Source: Caecitellus pseudoparvulus (Eukaryota; Protista; Bigyra: Bicosoecida). From it: a stretch of DNA of 64,000 nt. Within the stretch, counting starts at the first letter, position 1; the number at the start of each line of letters is the position of its first letter. Under the pieces are notes generated by a model. The model saw only the letters and a program-made list of their open reading frames with translations, had not been told where the DNA came from and searched no databases. The translations under genes and the position numbers were made by a program. Shown one piece after another: positions 1 through 12,167 of the stretch. The stretch lies in the NCBI GenBank assembly GCA_965644315.1, contig CBFFRQ010000039.1:195387-259386 (forward strand). The letters are read 5' to 3'.

Positions 1-77
1 GAGCTGGCGTGCCCTTTCATGCGCACCGGTGCTGTGCGGCAAGCGGCAGCAACTGGCAGCGGCACCTCGCCAACGCC

Positions 78-3000
78 ATGTCAAGCAGGGGGACGCCGGG
101 CCCAAGCCCGCGGGAGTCCCGCAGAGCCGCCAGGAGGCGACCAGGGCGTTCGAATCGCAAGTCTGTGCACGTGGCACTGCCCAACACGCCGAAGCGCGTG
201 CTTGTGACGATTAAACTGCAGGTGCGTTGCGCGTCGGCGTGCATGCGAAACGCCCTGCGAATCCTGCAAGCATGGCACGGGGCCTGCTGTGGGCCTGAGA
301 CCTTGCCACGTGCACGTTAGGAAGGAATATGTTTGCCACAACACCAGCAATATTCCCCACTTGGTCTGCAGAACGACCACGGCGTGCACGGAGCGTATCC
401 AGCCGACGGCATTGAGGCAGCTGTGCACCAAGTAAACCAGCTCCGACGACGACTGCACTGGGATGCCGTCTTCCATGTAAACGCACAGTATGCTCCCAAT
501 CACTGCACATTCATCAATTGCAACCCGGTGCGTGTTCCTGGGCTGGGGGACGCAGAGCGGTGCTCAGGAGTTTCACGCGTCGCAGCGACACGAAGTTCCG
601 CAGCTCACTCGGCCCACCTCACGCCGAACACACACGTGCACGCCCCGCGCCATTGCGCCTGCACAGGGTTATGCACTGGGAAGCACTATCGAGTTGCCAG
701 AAGGTCGCACTGCCACAGTGACCCCAAATCACTGTGTCGTGGGCAGCTGGGGTGCAGCACAGCTGCCCAGCCTGCACCGTGAAGTGGCTGACACAGTGGT
801 GGACGTGGGGTGCAACCCACAGCACCCTCTAGGAAGTGCCCTGGCCCCCGCCTGGCCCGTGCGGGACGGCGGGGCAGGCATGGCTGGCGACAGCGCTATG
901 GGGCTGCTGGGGCACCTGCTGAAGCAGCAGGCACCGCGGGAGGTGTTCGTGGCAGGAGTGGACATTGAGGGCGTGGTGGCGCCCACAGCCCTGGCCATCA
1001 AGGCACTGTTAGATGACGTCAGTGTGACTGTGCTGCGTGACTGCTGTGTGCCGCTGCAGCCTCAAGGCACACTGGCAACGTCGCCGGTGGCCACGGCCCT
1101 TGACGCGTTGAGGCTGAAACGCACCATGCAAGCTGGGCAAGACGAAGGCTTGGCTCATTTGGCGCTGCGGCAGCGGCCTGGGTACATGCCGTCCGACCTC
1201 AAGTCGCGCCTCGAGGGCAGGGGCCTCCTCATCGCCACCAGCACAGATCGAGCAGTCCTGTCACGCCCGCGCTCTCTCCGGCGAACCACACCCCCCCTGG
1301 TGCTGCCTGTGCCCCCCCCTTCGCCAGGTCTTGCTGTGGCGTCACAGAGCAGTGGCAGTGCCCTGAACTTCGTGTGGGATGCGTACGCGCCGTTCGGCTG
1401 GGCGACAGTGCGTATCACCACCACCAGCACGCACCGGTCTCGGCGCGCCACGTCACACGCGTCGGAGTCACCAGGAAACGCCCGGAGTCGCACTGTGGCT
1501 CTGGACATCCGGCCCTGTTGGTCCCACGCAGAGATGCAGGCGGGGCTGCAGGCCCGGCTCAAGGCATCGACAGCTGCCTCGACGACACTTCAGCGCAGGG
1601 GCAGCACGGGTGGCGGCGTGCCCGTTCTCGGGCGCCACTCCTCCACGCCATCCCAAGGCAGTGCAGTCGCAGAGACGCCGGTGGAAGGGGGTGGTGATCG
1701 GGCAGGCTTTTCACCGTCAGGTGCGCCTGCCAAACTTCACCTCAGCACGAGCAAGTCAGCCCTGCCAGGTGGCGGCAGGCGGCGAGGCGGGCGCAATCTG
1801 ACATCGCGCAATGCGACCGGTGCAGACGCCACGGCGCTGGCACTGCTGGCCCTGGGAGACGGGCCGTTGCATGAACACCCGTACACTGCGTGGGAAGTGG
1901 CGGAGGCGAGCTCAGGGGGCGTGGAGGTGAAGGAGGAGGTGGTGGATTGGCACGCGCTGCACCCAAGCGTTGCAGCAGAGGAGGCAGGCCCGCCGCTCAC
2001 TGCCACCCTCCCCTCGGAAGCCCCGCCCTTGACCACAGGCTCCCCTGCATTTGGCTCGGCTTCGGATTTCGGCAGTGCGCTGGTGCCGGCGCTGATGGGG
2101 CAGGGTGGCGGAGGTGGCGTGGACATCAGTCCCCCCTGCTTCGCCTGTGCCTGGTCCAGCGCAGGGGATGGGGGGGGGCGCGGCACTGTCGCTTCGCCCT
2201 CGCCTGGCTCGCGGGACATCTCCACAGGCCCACACTTCTTGTTTCCGGGTGAAGTGGACTTGGCGTCCCTGTACACACACGTTGCTGCATTTGGAACAGC
2301 CGCCGACCTGCGCCATACTCTGGCAAGGTACGGCTGGTCGCCAGCAGCAGACACGCCACAGGCACCACACGGCATGAACGCGCTGCACATCGCCGTGGTG
2401 CGGGGCAGTGTGGAGATGGTGTCGGCGCTGCTGTCAGCAGGCGCACATGTGAACGAACTGACACTGGGGCGCGGAGAGAGCCCCCTGGGGCTGGCCTGCC
2501 GTGGCAACCGCACGGGGCTGGTGCACTTGATGCTGGAACAGGACGATCTGCTGGTGGACCGCCTGAACAGCTCAGACAGCGTCATGCGGTTCACGCCGTT
2601 CATGTGGGCAGCCCTGCACTGCAACGTGGACGTGCTCACGATGCTGCGCAGCCGCCTGAGCCAGGGCAACGGCTCACTGCACCTCAGCGTGTCAGCAGTG
2701 CTGCGCTCTCAGGCGCTGCGTGTGCACGAGCCCACCCCCCTCATGCTGGCCATGTCTGCAGTGCAGGGGCCACTGGGGGACTACGACACGCCCCCCTGGG
2801 CGGACGAAGAGGGGGGGTCACCCTTGCGCCATGCCACAGCAGCCTCGCTGCCGCAGCACCCCCCCCTCCCTGCCACCACGCCAGCGGGGCCCCCCTCTGG
2901 CCTGGCACTGTCCACGGTGCCCTCCTTGTTCGGGCAGGACCCTGCTTCACACTTGGTGCAGCTGAGTGAAGAGGATTCCCGCGCCGGGGATGCGTGCTTG

Positions 3001-6000
3001 TACCGGCCCAGCAAGTGGAGCGAGGTGCGGGAGCAGCCCTTGCTCGCCAAATCCCCACTGCTCCCGCCCAGTGCCGCTGCCCGCCGCGGCTTCTTGCAGG
3101 CTGCACAGAGTGCTGTGGATGCCCTGCTGTCCATGGAGGGCGGTTCGCGCTCCCGTGCGCCTGAGCGCCGCCTGAAAATGCTGCACACGACTGACATGCG
3201 AGGGTGGTGCGCACTTCACTTCGGCAGCATCTCGGGGGTACTGGGCGTCATGGACTTTGACCTGCTGCAACGAGATAGGTATAGGCATGGTCTGCGCAAG
3301 CTGCGCGTGAACACGCCCACCACGCCGCACAGCCACCGCTCCGCCGGCTCCGGCGGCAGTTCGCGGGGAGCCTCCAGGGACACTTCGTCGGCGGGACACC
3401 GGTACCCCCTCGCCTTCACGCCCTTGCAGCTGGCCGCCTGGGCAGGGCAGGTGAGGGCCGTGGCTCGCCTGGTGCTGCCTTGGGGCGAGGATGTCTTGAA
3501 CCCCCTTCGCCACATCCTGGCTCCCAACACCGCCACGACCGTGCACGGGTACACGGCGCTGGACTTGGCCATGCTGCGCAAGCACCTCGTTGTCTGCCGC
3601 CTGCTGCTGCGAGGGGGGTGTGTTCCGGGTGTTCTGACTGGCGAAGCAGGGGCTGGACCACTGTTGTTCCACCTGGCACTGGAGGGCGACGGCATTGCCG
3701 CCGGAACACTGCTCGCGGCAGACCCCGCCAACGTGCACCTGCTGCCGTGCATGGTGGAGACTGTGCGCCGTCTGCGCACACCTGGCTCCAGCACCTTCAC
3801 CTTCACCTCTGGCGCAGCAGGCGTGACGCAGTTGATGTACATGGTGACGCCCCCACCGCTGTCCGACATCCGGCAGCCCAAACTGCGGCTGGCAAGCGGC
3901 CGCGGCGGGCCGTCCACTGCGAGGTCCATGCACACGGGGCGGGGCGGTGGCGCCATCACTGCGCGCACGGCTGGGTCGGCATCGTCAGGGCATGAGCACA
4001 GCATGGACGGCGGGCAGGGTGTCTCCCCTGCACGTGGCAAGCCAGAGGGTTTGCTGGTGTGTGCAGTGTGCGCGCACACGTGCTGGCACTGCAGCCCTGC
4101 GCAGCTGCTGCACGCGCACTCCCACCGCCGAGCCGCGCCAGACGGGACGCCTGGGCCCCATGCGGCGCGGTATGCGAGTGTAGTGCCGGTGGGCTACGTC
4201 GCCAACGCTGTGTGTCAGTGCCCTAAGAACACGTGCCTGGCGCTGAATGCCGCCGACCAGCGTGAAGCGGAAGGGTACCGGTACAAGCCCAACCCAATCG
4301 ACACGTCGACAGTGAGCGAGGAGCAGGTGTTCGGAGCTGACGCTGACCTGCGCGCTCTCGTGGAGGTAATCGCCAAGAACTCCCATGATGTGTGGGCGCA
4401 GGGCAAGGTGCGCGCTGGCTGGCGACGAGGTGACAAGAAGGACGGCTCCGCCAAGACCCACCCCCTGCTCGTGCCGTTCGAGGACTTGACGCCTGAGGAC
4501 CAGCAGGGAGACATCGAACCCACCATCAATGCCTTGAAAGTGGTGCACGTGCTGGGGTATCGCATCGCGCGACCAGGGGGGAGTCGGCGGCGCTCCACAG
4601 CGGGCGCAGGTCGCACCGCGACGTCCCCAACTGCAACCCTGGCCAGTGAGAGCAAGCGCGAAGGCCATCCCCCCTCCGAGGCCCAGGGCACTCTGCCCAT
4701 GCAAGACACGACAGTGTCCCCTACCTTGCCACCCAGCGGAGGCGGCGGGGAGGGCGCTGGCGGCGCTGCCCACACTCGTGGCTTCTCCGGCGTGGGGATC
4801 AACGAGGCTCTGGAGGCGGCACTGCAGGACGGCGCCAGTGACGCGAGTGTCGGGCAGGCCACCTCCCCCGTGCAGCTGCAGGGGCCGCCCAGCCCCCAGT
4901 CCCAGACAGACCGGGCCGGGGAGGATGACATGGGCGGTGGCGATGGTGAGGGTGAGGAAGGCGACGAAGTGTACGACTTCGAGGACGACGACGGGGAGGG
5001 CGAGGAGGGCGTGTTGGAGGAGGGGGGCACGTACGCGCCGCAGCCCATCGACACCGCAGACGTGTTCCTGCCCCTGGACCTGTCCGAGGGGCTGGTGGAG
5101 CTGCTGGCGCGCAACGCCCATGAAACGTGGAGTGAGGCCCGCATGCGCGACGAAGGCATGATTTACGCTCCGTCCCCAGAGAAAGACGAAGTCGTGGAGG
5201 CGGGCGAGGAGGACGGCGTGGCGGTGGGGCACCTCATCAAGACGTCGCCTTTGCTGGTGCCGTACCGTTTCCTCACTGACGATGAGAAGGAAGCCAACCG
5301 CGCCAACGCCCGTGAACTGATCAAGGTCATCCTGAAGCAGGGGTACACCATCACCCTGGCCAACAACCGCCACCGCATGGACGCCAGCAAGCTCACGTAC
5401 CGCATTTCGCAGTCGGAACAGGCGCGCATGGAGAGCCGGGCAGGGGAGCTCACCGCCTTCAAGCGGGGGTTGTACACGTCCATGCTCTTTGCAGCGGCAC
5501 GCAAGGGCATGCGCAGCCTGCTGCCGGCGCTGGTGAACGTGTCGCCCACCTCGGGCAGTGTGTACGACGGCCCGAGCATCAACGCAGTGGACGGCTGGCA
5601 CCGCACTGCCCTGTACATGGCTGTGGAGCGGGGCCACCGGGGCACTGCGAGCAGCCTGCTGGAGATGGGAGCGGTGGTGGACATTCCCGACACCAACGGC
5701 CTGACGCCCCTGTCCGTGGCGGCCATGATGGGGAATGGGCCCATGGTGGAGCTGCTCCTGGACAACGGCGCCCGCATCCCCATCACGGACCGCCTGAACA
5801 TGACGCCCCTGCACTACGCCGCCTTCCTTGGCCACGGTGGCGTCGTGCGCCTGCTGGGCAAGAAAATCGTCATCATGGGCGGCGGCGGCGAGCGCGGCCA
5901 GCGCCTGCTAGACACACTGGGGCAGGACTCCTCCACAGAGGGGCTGCTGAAGAAGACAGCTGCCAAGGGCAAGTGGCAGGTGTGGCGCCGGTGGAAGAAG

Positions 6001-9000
6001 CAGGCGCAGCAAGCCGAGAGTCGCCTGGTGGCGCGAGACGCGGCGAGGCACCTCGCTCGGCGTGTGCGACCTGCCGGGCCCCAGCCCGCGCGCACGCCCG
6101 CCATGAGCCGGGTGGGCATGTGGGCCACTAGCCCAGCCAGGGAGGGCTCTGCCAGCCAGCGCATGCAGCTGGGGCAGCTCGTGTCTTCCCTCGCAGCCAC
6201 GCCCTCCACCACACGCCCTGCTGTCACAATGGGCTTGTCGGGGAAGCAAGGCAGCTTGGCTGCGAGCACACTGCGATCGTTGTTGTCGCCGCCGAGCCGG
6301 CTGGAAATGTGCGATGTCGCGTCGCTGCTCATTGACGACCTTACGTCGCTGCTTGCCAGCCTGGCCAAGGCAGATGTAGCACAGGCACCCGCACATCGCA
6401 CGCGCATCTTGACGCCTGGGCTTGAAACGCACGAGATCGAGGCCCCCTCGAGCAGCTTGGGTGGTGCGTCGGGGGGGGTGCCGGGCCAGGCAGTGGTGCC
6501 CTTTGCGGGGGGACAGTCAGACACCAGCTCGGTAGACTTGCTGGGGGGGGGCGGCGGCACACCCAAGTGGGCAGGGGGGGGCTCAATGCGTGGACACTCA
6601 GACGCTGGCATGCCCAAGGGAATGCCGCCCAAGGCACCAGGGTCCTCCAAGAGCCTGCGAGGTGCCCTGGGCCCGTCGAAGTCCGAGCGGCGGCTGCGGT
6701 CCCAGCTGGACTCCGGTACGAGTGGCCCTGGGTCCATGGGCACTTCTGTGGCGTCTGACAGTGACGGGCAGTCGGTGGATGGCGTGGGGCGGTCCACCAG
6801 CTTCACCGTGGCGGGCACCACACACCAGCCCACAGCGGAGCCCCGCACGAAACCCCAGGGCATCCTGCGTGCCTCACGCCCCAGCCTGCCGGGCCATGGT
6901 TCGCGGCGTAGTGGGCAACACGGGGAGGGAGAGGGGCCCACGGCGTCGTTCGAGGGCCGTGAGGGCACGTCCTCAGGTCGCACGGCAGGGTCGCGTGAGG
7001 GGCCGCCAGGGCGCCATGGCAGCGCGTCAGCCCGATCCCTGCGCTCCGGTCCGTCGGTGTACGCGCCAACGGTGCCTCGAGGCGGTGTGCGGGAGAGCAA
7101 GGCGGCTGCCGCGCGAGCTGGCACCATTGCTTCGCGCAGGCGGCGGCGTGGCCTGAAGGTGGCGACGGGGGGCGGCAACTTGAGCAGCATGGGGCAGAGT
7201 GTGCGGGTGCTGGGGGCCGGACCAGCTCGCACCATCGTCCGGCGCAAGTGCCACATCCAGTGGCTGGGGGCACCCACCTTGCACAAGTACCGGAACATGG
7301 TGTCGGCGTCAGCTGAGTTCACAGCCCTGTCACCCCTCACCCTTGCCGTGTTTGCGCGGCAGCTGGAGGCAGCGGCCATCTTGGTGGAGTTGGGCGCAGA
7401 CCCCACGCAGAGTGATGGATCAGGCACCAGCCCGTACGCCCGGGCGCTGGAGCAGCACTCCCTTGCCGCACGCGTGCACACCATGTTCTTGCGAGCCCGC
7501 ACGGAGGTGGACAGCAATGGCCAGGCAGTGGTCATCGACGCACGTGGCAACACAATGGCAGTCTCCCTGGCCAGTGCCAAGGGCGGGCACCGGGGCATCA
7601 GTGCCGCATCAGCGCAACTGAAACAGATCAAAGCTGAGAAAGACCGCAATGCGGCCATTCGCCACGGGGCTCGGCGCCTCAGCAACGCCTCTAGCGCCTC
7701 GCGCCACCGCAGCGCCAGCAGTGTGACGCTGGACACGGATGGGGGTGTCAGTGCTCGCACGGAGGTGCCGACACCTGACTCTGCGCGCACCACCATCGAT
7801 GACTCCACGTGGGGGGGCGCTCCCACCAAGGGCTCTGCCTCTCAAGTACCAGCTTCCAGTCCGTCGAGTTGGTGGTCATGCTTCTGCTGTGGCTGCTGTG
7901 GCTGCTCGCGAGGTCGACGAACCACGGCACCAGCCCGCAGGGGCCGACGAACCCTGCAGCGCATGGACACAGCTCGGCGATTTGTCGCCGATGCCCTGGT
8001 ATCAGGGGACGACGGCAGCGACGCAGTGGACGGCGCGGCGTACGCTGACTCCTTCGACGCTCCTGGAGCGCTGAATTCCGGCATGCGCAAGGCGCACTTG
8101 TTGCGGTCCATGGGCCCATCGCCTGACCTAGTGCGTGACAGCGTGCCAGCCGATGCAGTCTCCGTGCGCACAGGCGTGTCAGATGACGACCGGTACTCTG
8201 TCGCCACGTCGGCAAAGTTGGACCGCTCCGAGTCAGCTGACGGCCGCAGTGTGGGGGGCGGATCGTACCAGGAACGCTCAGCTGGACGGCGCATGCGGCG
8301 AGGCAGCAGCGATGGAACGCAGGGTGAGTCAGGTCGCAAGGCGGGCCCTGTCTCCCCCTCCACTGTGCGCTGGAGGGTGCTGCGTGCTGGACTGCGCAGG
8401 CGCGTGAGTGAAATGCGCGAGCTGGAGTCGCACCCTGCGCTGGCCGCTGCGGGAGCGGAAGTGTCGGCCGGGGACGTCGTGTTCGGGGATGCTGCTGGGC
8501 GGGCCAAGTTTGGGCTGCCGACGGGCCCCGCCCTCACCCCAGAGGAGCGCGCTGCCATTGCTGCGGGGGAAGACATTGATGGAGGTGAGACGGGGCTGGG
8601 GGCACTCGTGTCGCCACACCCGCTCTCACCGCCGCCCAGCGCCAAAGGCGGCGGTGCTTTCTTCCCTGCCAGCCCAGTGGGCGCCGCGGGAACTGGAGGC
8701 GACACACAGAGCGGGTCGGGGCTGCAGAGTAAGTTTGAGGAAGCCAGCGTGTCCCGCCAGCGCGAGCGTGCAGCTGCCACGGCTGAGCGGCGCCGTGAGC
8801 AAGCCCTGCTGTGGAGCAAGGGGGAAGTGAAGTCCACGTCCACGCTGGTGGACGAGCTGAACCGGAACAAGCGCGTGCAGGGGCGCCGGAAAGGATTCGC
8901 CATGCTGGCCCTGCTGAAGCAAGTGGCAGTGCTGGTCATCGCCTGCATTATGTTCAGCATCTTCACACCCGTGGCGGTGGACTACAACTCGGGCGCCATT

Positions 9001-11784
9001 ACTGATGTACGCCTGATGGTGCAGGAAAAACTGGCAGATGACTTCGCAGCTGCCGCTGTCAGCGCGCCAGGCTGGCAAGCATGGGTGGATGAGAACATCC
9101 TATGGCTGCCACAAGGCACGCCAGCGGTGTCCAACGACGGGGAGCTCTTCCGCCGCCTGCAGGCTGTGCGGCCACCCGTCTTGCTGCCGGCTGACCCGCG
9201 GCGACTGCGAGGGCTGCGGGAGCCGCGGCGAGACAACGGCGCACTGACGTCGTCGGCCCACCTGTCGGCATTCCTCAGACAGTCCTCTCACGCCTTTGCA
9301 CAGGCCACTCGGCAGTTGAGTGCCACGGCGCAGCCGTGGACAGAAGTGCCGCCCTGGCCGGGCACGGACCTCGCCAGAGTGGCATCTGCAGCCGACAGCT
9401 TCGCGGCCGTGAACGGCTTGACACCGGGGCCGACACTGCCGACCATGGACGCCCAGAATAATGCCACCCTGTCCACACACACGCCAGCTGTGGTGGGAGG
9501 GCGCAGCATCCTGGTGGGCGCCATCCGCCTGCGACGTGGCAGCAGCAAGAACACTGCGTGCCAGACACAGGGTCTGGAGGGTGGCACGAGCGTCATGGGC
9601 GCGTGCCACTCTGAGTTTGACGGTGCTACGCTGTCCCCCCAGAACTCCTACACGCTGGAGTCGTCACTGAACATGCATAGCCTGGTGGAGGAGTCCCCCG
9701 AAGACGGGGGGTCGACTGGCAGTGGTGGCGGGCTGTTCAGCGCCGCGCGGGGTGCGCGAGAAGAGGACTACTTGCGAGAAACGTGGGACCTGGATGGCAC
9801 GAATGTCACCGCCAGGCGTGCGATGGCAGCGGGGCTGCGCGGGGTTCTGCGGCCGTACACGTCGGAGGAGGGCGGCTCCAACTTCACAGGGGCCACGTGG
9901 GTGTCCCCCTCCACTCGGTGGCTGTCTCTGGACATGGTCGTGTACAACCCAGACACGGGCGTGTTTGCAGCCGTGCGCCTGTTCGTGTACTTCCCTGTGT
10001 CAGGGCGGGCCTTGCCTGCGACGCGAGTCAGGGCGCTGACAGTGTTCACGGATCGCTTCCAGCCCAGCACGACCTTTGAAGTTGTCGTGGGGCTCGTGAT
10101 TCTCCTGCAGTCCATGCTGCTCCTGTCCCAAGTGTGGAACGAAGGGTCTTGCGTCGGGTACTTCTCGTCAGGGTGGAACCTGCTGGAGCTGCTGTCCTTT
10201 TCCCTGTTCGTCGTGGTGTTTGTCATGGACATCTTGAACCGCGTCATCGTCCAGCGCCTCGACATTGACCTGAGCAAGTCAGGGAGATTTTACAACTTGT
10301 GGGACACCATTGAGAACATCCGCACGGAGGTGGACGTCATTGCCGTGGTGTTACTTTTTGTCTTCGTCCGCTTCGTCAAGTACTTGCAGCTGGCGCCCAA
10401 CGCGGGACCAGTGCTGGTGGCCATTCTCCTCACCTTCGTGCACCCGACCGTGGTGCTGTACCTGGGCATCATGATGGGGCTCATCGTCGCTTTCGGCGTC
10501 AGTTTCCACGTCGCCTTTGCCTCAGAAAACCCCAACTACGGGTCGGTGTGGCGGGCTATCCTGTCTCTCTTCGGCACCGCCTTCGCCGAAGAGTACGACC
10601 GCATAGACGGCGGCGAGCCCCGCGTCCTCAGCACGCTCTTCTTTGCGCTGTACATCCTCATCGCCATGATGCTGCTGAACGTGTTCATTGCCATTGTCTC
10701 CGACCAGTACCCCAAGGAAGCCCGCAAGGCGAAGCGGCGCTGGGACACCAGCATCACCCACCTCATGGAGCAGCAGTTGTCCGCAGACCGTGCCATCCTG
10801 CAAGCTGACCTGCAATGGGCGTACCTGTGCGGCCCATGGGCGGCGCGGTGCCGGCGGGGTGTGCGGAGGGCGTGCAATCCCACCAGTGCTCTCCTCTGCT
10901 GCGCGCGCCTGTGTTGCTGTGTACCTCGGCCAGAGGGCAAGGAGGGGGACGACGAAGACACCGACGGCGGCATCGCGACCGCGCTGGGCTTGGCAGGGCA
11001 CGACGGGCCCCGCGGCAAGGCAGCTGGGGCGCGCCTGCTGCTGTCCGTGACCGGCCTCGTGAAGGACTTCCACCAAGAGCTGGTGCTGGCACGAGATGCA
11101 GGTGAGTTGAAGCACTATGTCGCGAGTGCGTGGGCTGACATGGGCCCGGCAGACCATGCTGGGGGGGGGGCGGAGGGTGCCGCTGGGGGGCCGTCAGCCA
11201 CCTCCACTGCCAGGGCGGCAGGAGCCGCCCGGCCAGACAGCAAGCACAGCCGCAGCCGCAGTCGAACACCGACACGCAAGCGTGCGGGTCGGCGTGGCTC
11301 CAGGCCACGTGTCGCGACGCCCGCCGCGGACTCCGACAGTGACGTGAGCAGCGCCTTTGAGGATGCAGAAAGCGAGCAGCGCCACGACATGGCGGCAAGT
11401 GACCGGCACAGTGAAGGCGATGACAGCAGTCTGGATGGGGGCGCGTCCACCGCATCAGAGGGTGAGGAGGCCCCTGCGCGTGGGATGGCTGAAGCAGCCA
11501 TGCTCCGGCACGGCCTCGTGGTGCAGCAATTCGGCACCACAGCTGTGCCAGACTCACTGGCATTTGCTCGCAAGGCGGCCAGCCATGCGTACGGCCGCTC
11601 TGCTCAGCAGCGACGCTCAATCACGGGCTCTCGATTTCTGAAACCTGATTCTGGGTCGTCAAAGGCCCTCCATGGTCTGCAGGGACAGGTGGAAACGCTG
11701 ACGAAACTCGTCGCAGGCCTCACGAAGTCTCCCGCGCCCTCTGGCAGCTCTCAAGAACGCCCCAGCGTAGAGGTGCCCCAATAA
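78..11784 (+). CDS. Giant PKDRR-like cation channel: pseudo-nicotinamidase + ankyrin repeats + UBR-like Zn finger + 2 RyR repeats + ankyrins + polycystin (PKD2/TRPP) channel; predicted join(78..221,372..527,667..11784)
   Basis: Phase-0 introns 222..371 and 528..666 (both GTGCGT...CAG) join VLVTIKLQ|NDHGVHGAYP...NHCTFINCNP|GYALG...PNHCVVGSWGA. Ankyrins: MNALHIAVVRGSVEMVSALLSAGAHVN (~2374) and RTALYMAVERGH/LTPLSVAA/MTPLHYAA (~5600-5830). RyR repeats: YKPNPIDT...HDVWAQGK...HPLLVPFEDL (4282-4566) and YAPQPIDT...AHETW...PLLVPYRFL (5032-5352). S1 helix ~8900-8970, TOP-like domain (LVGAIRLRR; TRWLSLDMVVYNPDTGVF), S2-S6 ~10075-10710 ending LLNVFIAIVSDQY. The true start could lie upstream of the window. 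Confidence 0.88.
222..371 (+). other. Spliceosomal intron 1 of the channel gene
   Basis: CAG|GTGCGT...CTGCAG|AAC; contains the stop of the 9..320 ORF; removal restores the xxQND motif of cysteine hydrolases. Confidence 0.85.
528..666 (+). other. Spliceosomal intron 2 of the channel gene
   Basis: CCG|GTGCGT...GCACAG|GGT; joins the 372..527 exon in phase to the 490..11784 reading frame. Confidence 0.85.
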
Positions 11785-12167
11785 TACACTTGATCTTCCC
11801 CATGCCATCCCGCTGCTCCCACTGGCTGCCTTAATCGCTCCATGCAGCAAGGCTCATATCTTGGTCGAGAGTCATGCCACGTGCTAGCTGCGTTTGCAGG
11901 CCCCCAAGGCTGCCACAGCAAAAGCGTGCCATAATCGGCAAACATCAAAACTATTATACGCTCCTGTTCTATGGAGCCTCCCAATCAGTGCTGCACGGGG
12001 GTTGGGCGTGGGTCTTTGCCTGCCTAGCTCACGCAGGTTGCCAGGTGCCAGGCTCCGCACCAGCATCACACAGCAACAAGCAGCCCCGCACCAGCGTCGC
12101 AGGCTTCCTCCTGTGTAGCAAGCGACCGCTGACACCCACTCAACAATTTCAGTCCATTCTATCAGGC

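Noticed and set aside
490-666. ORF-track start of the 3764-aa protein
   Set aside because: This stretch is out-of-frame exon 2 plus intron 2; the spliced model from ATG 78 restores recognisable motifs.
1155-11620. Numerous 100-670 aa antisense ORFs under the channel gene (and likewise under other genes)
   Set aside because: Expected by-product of high GC and codon bias; no independent motifs.
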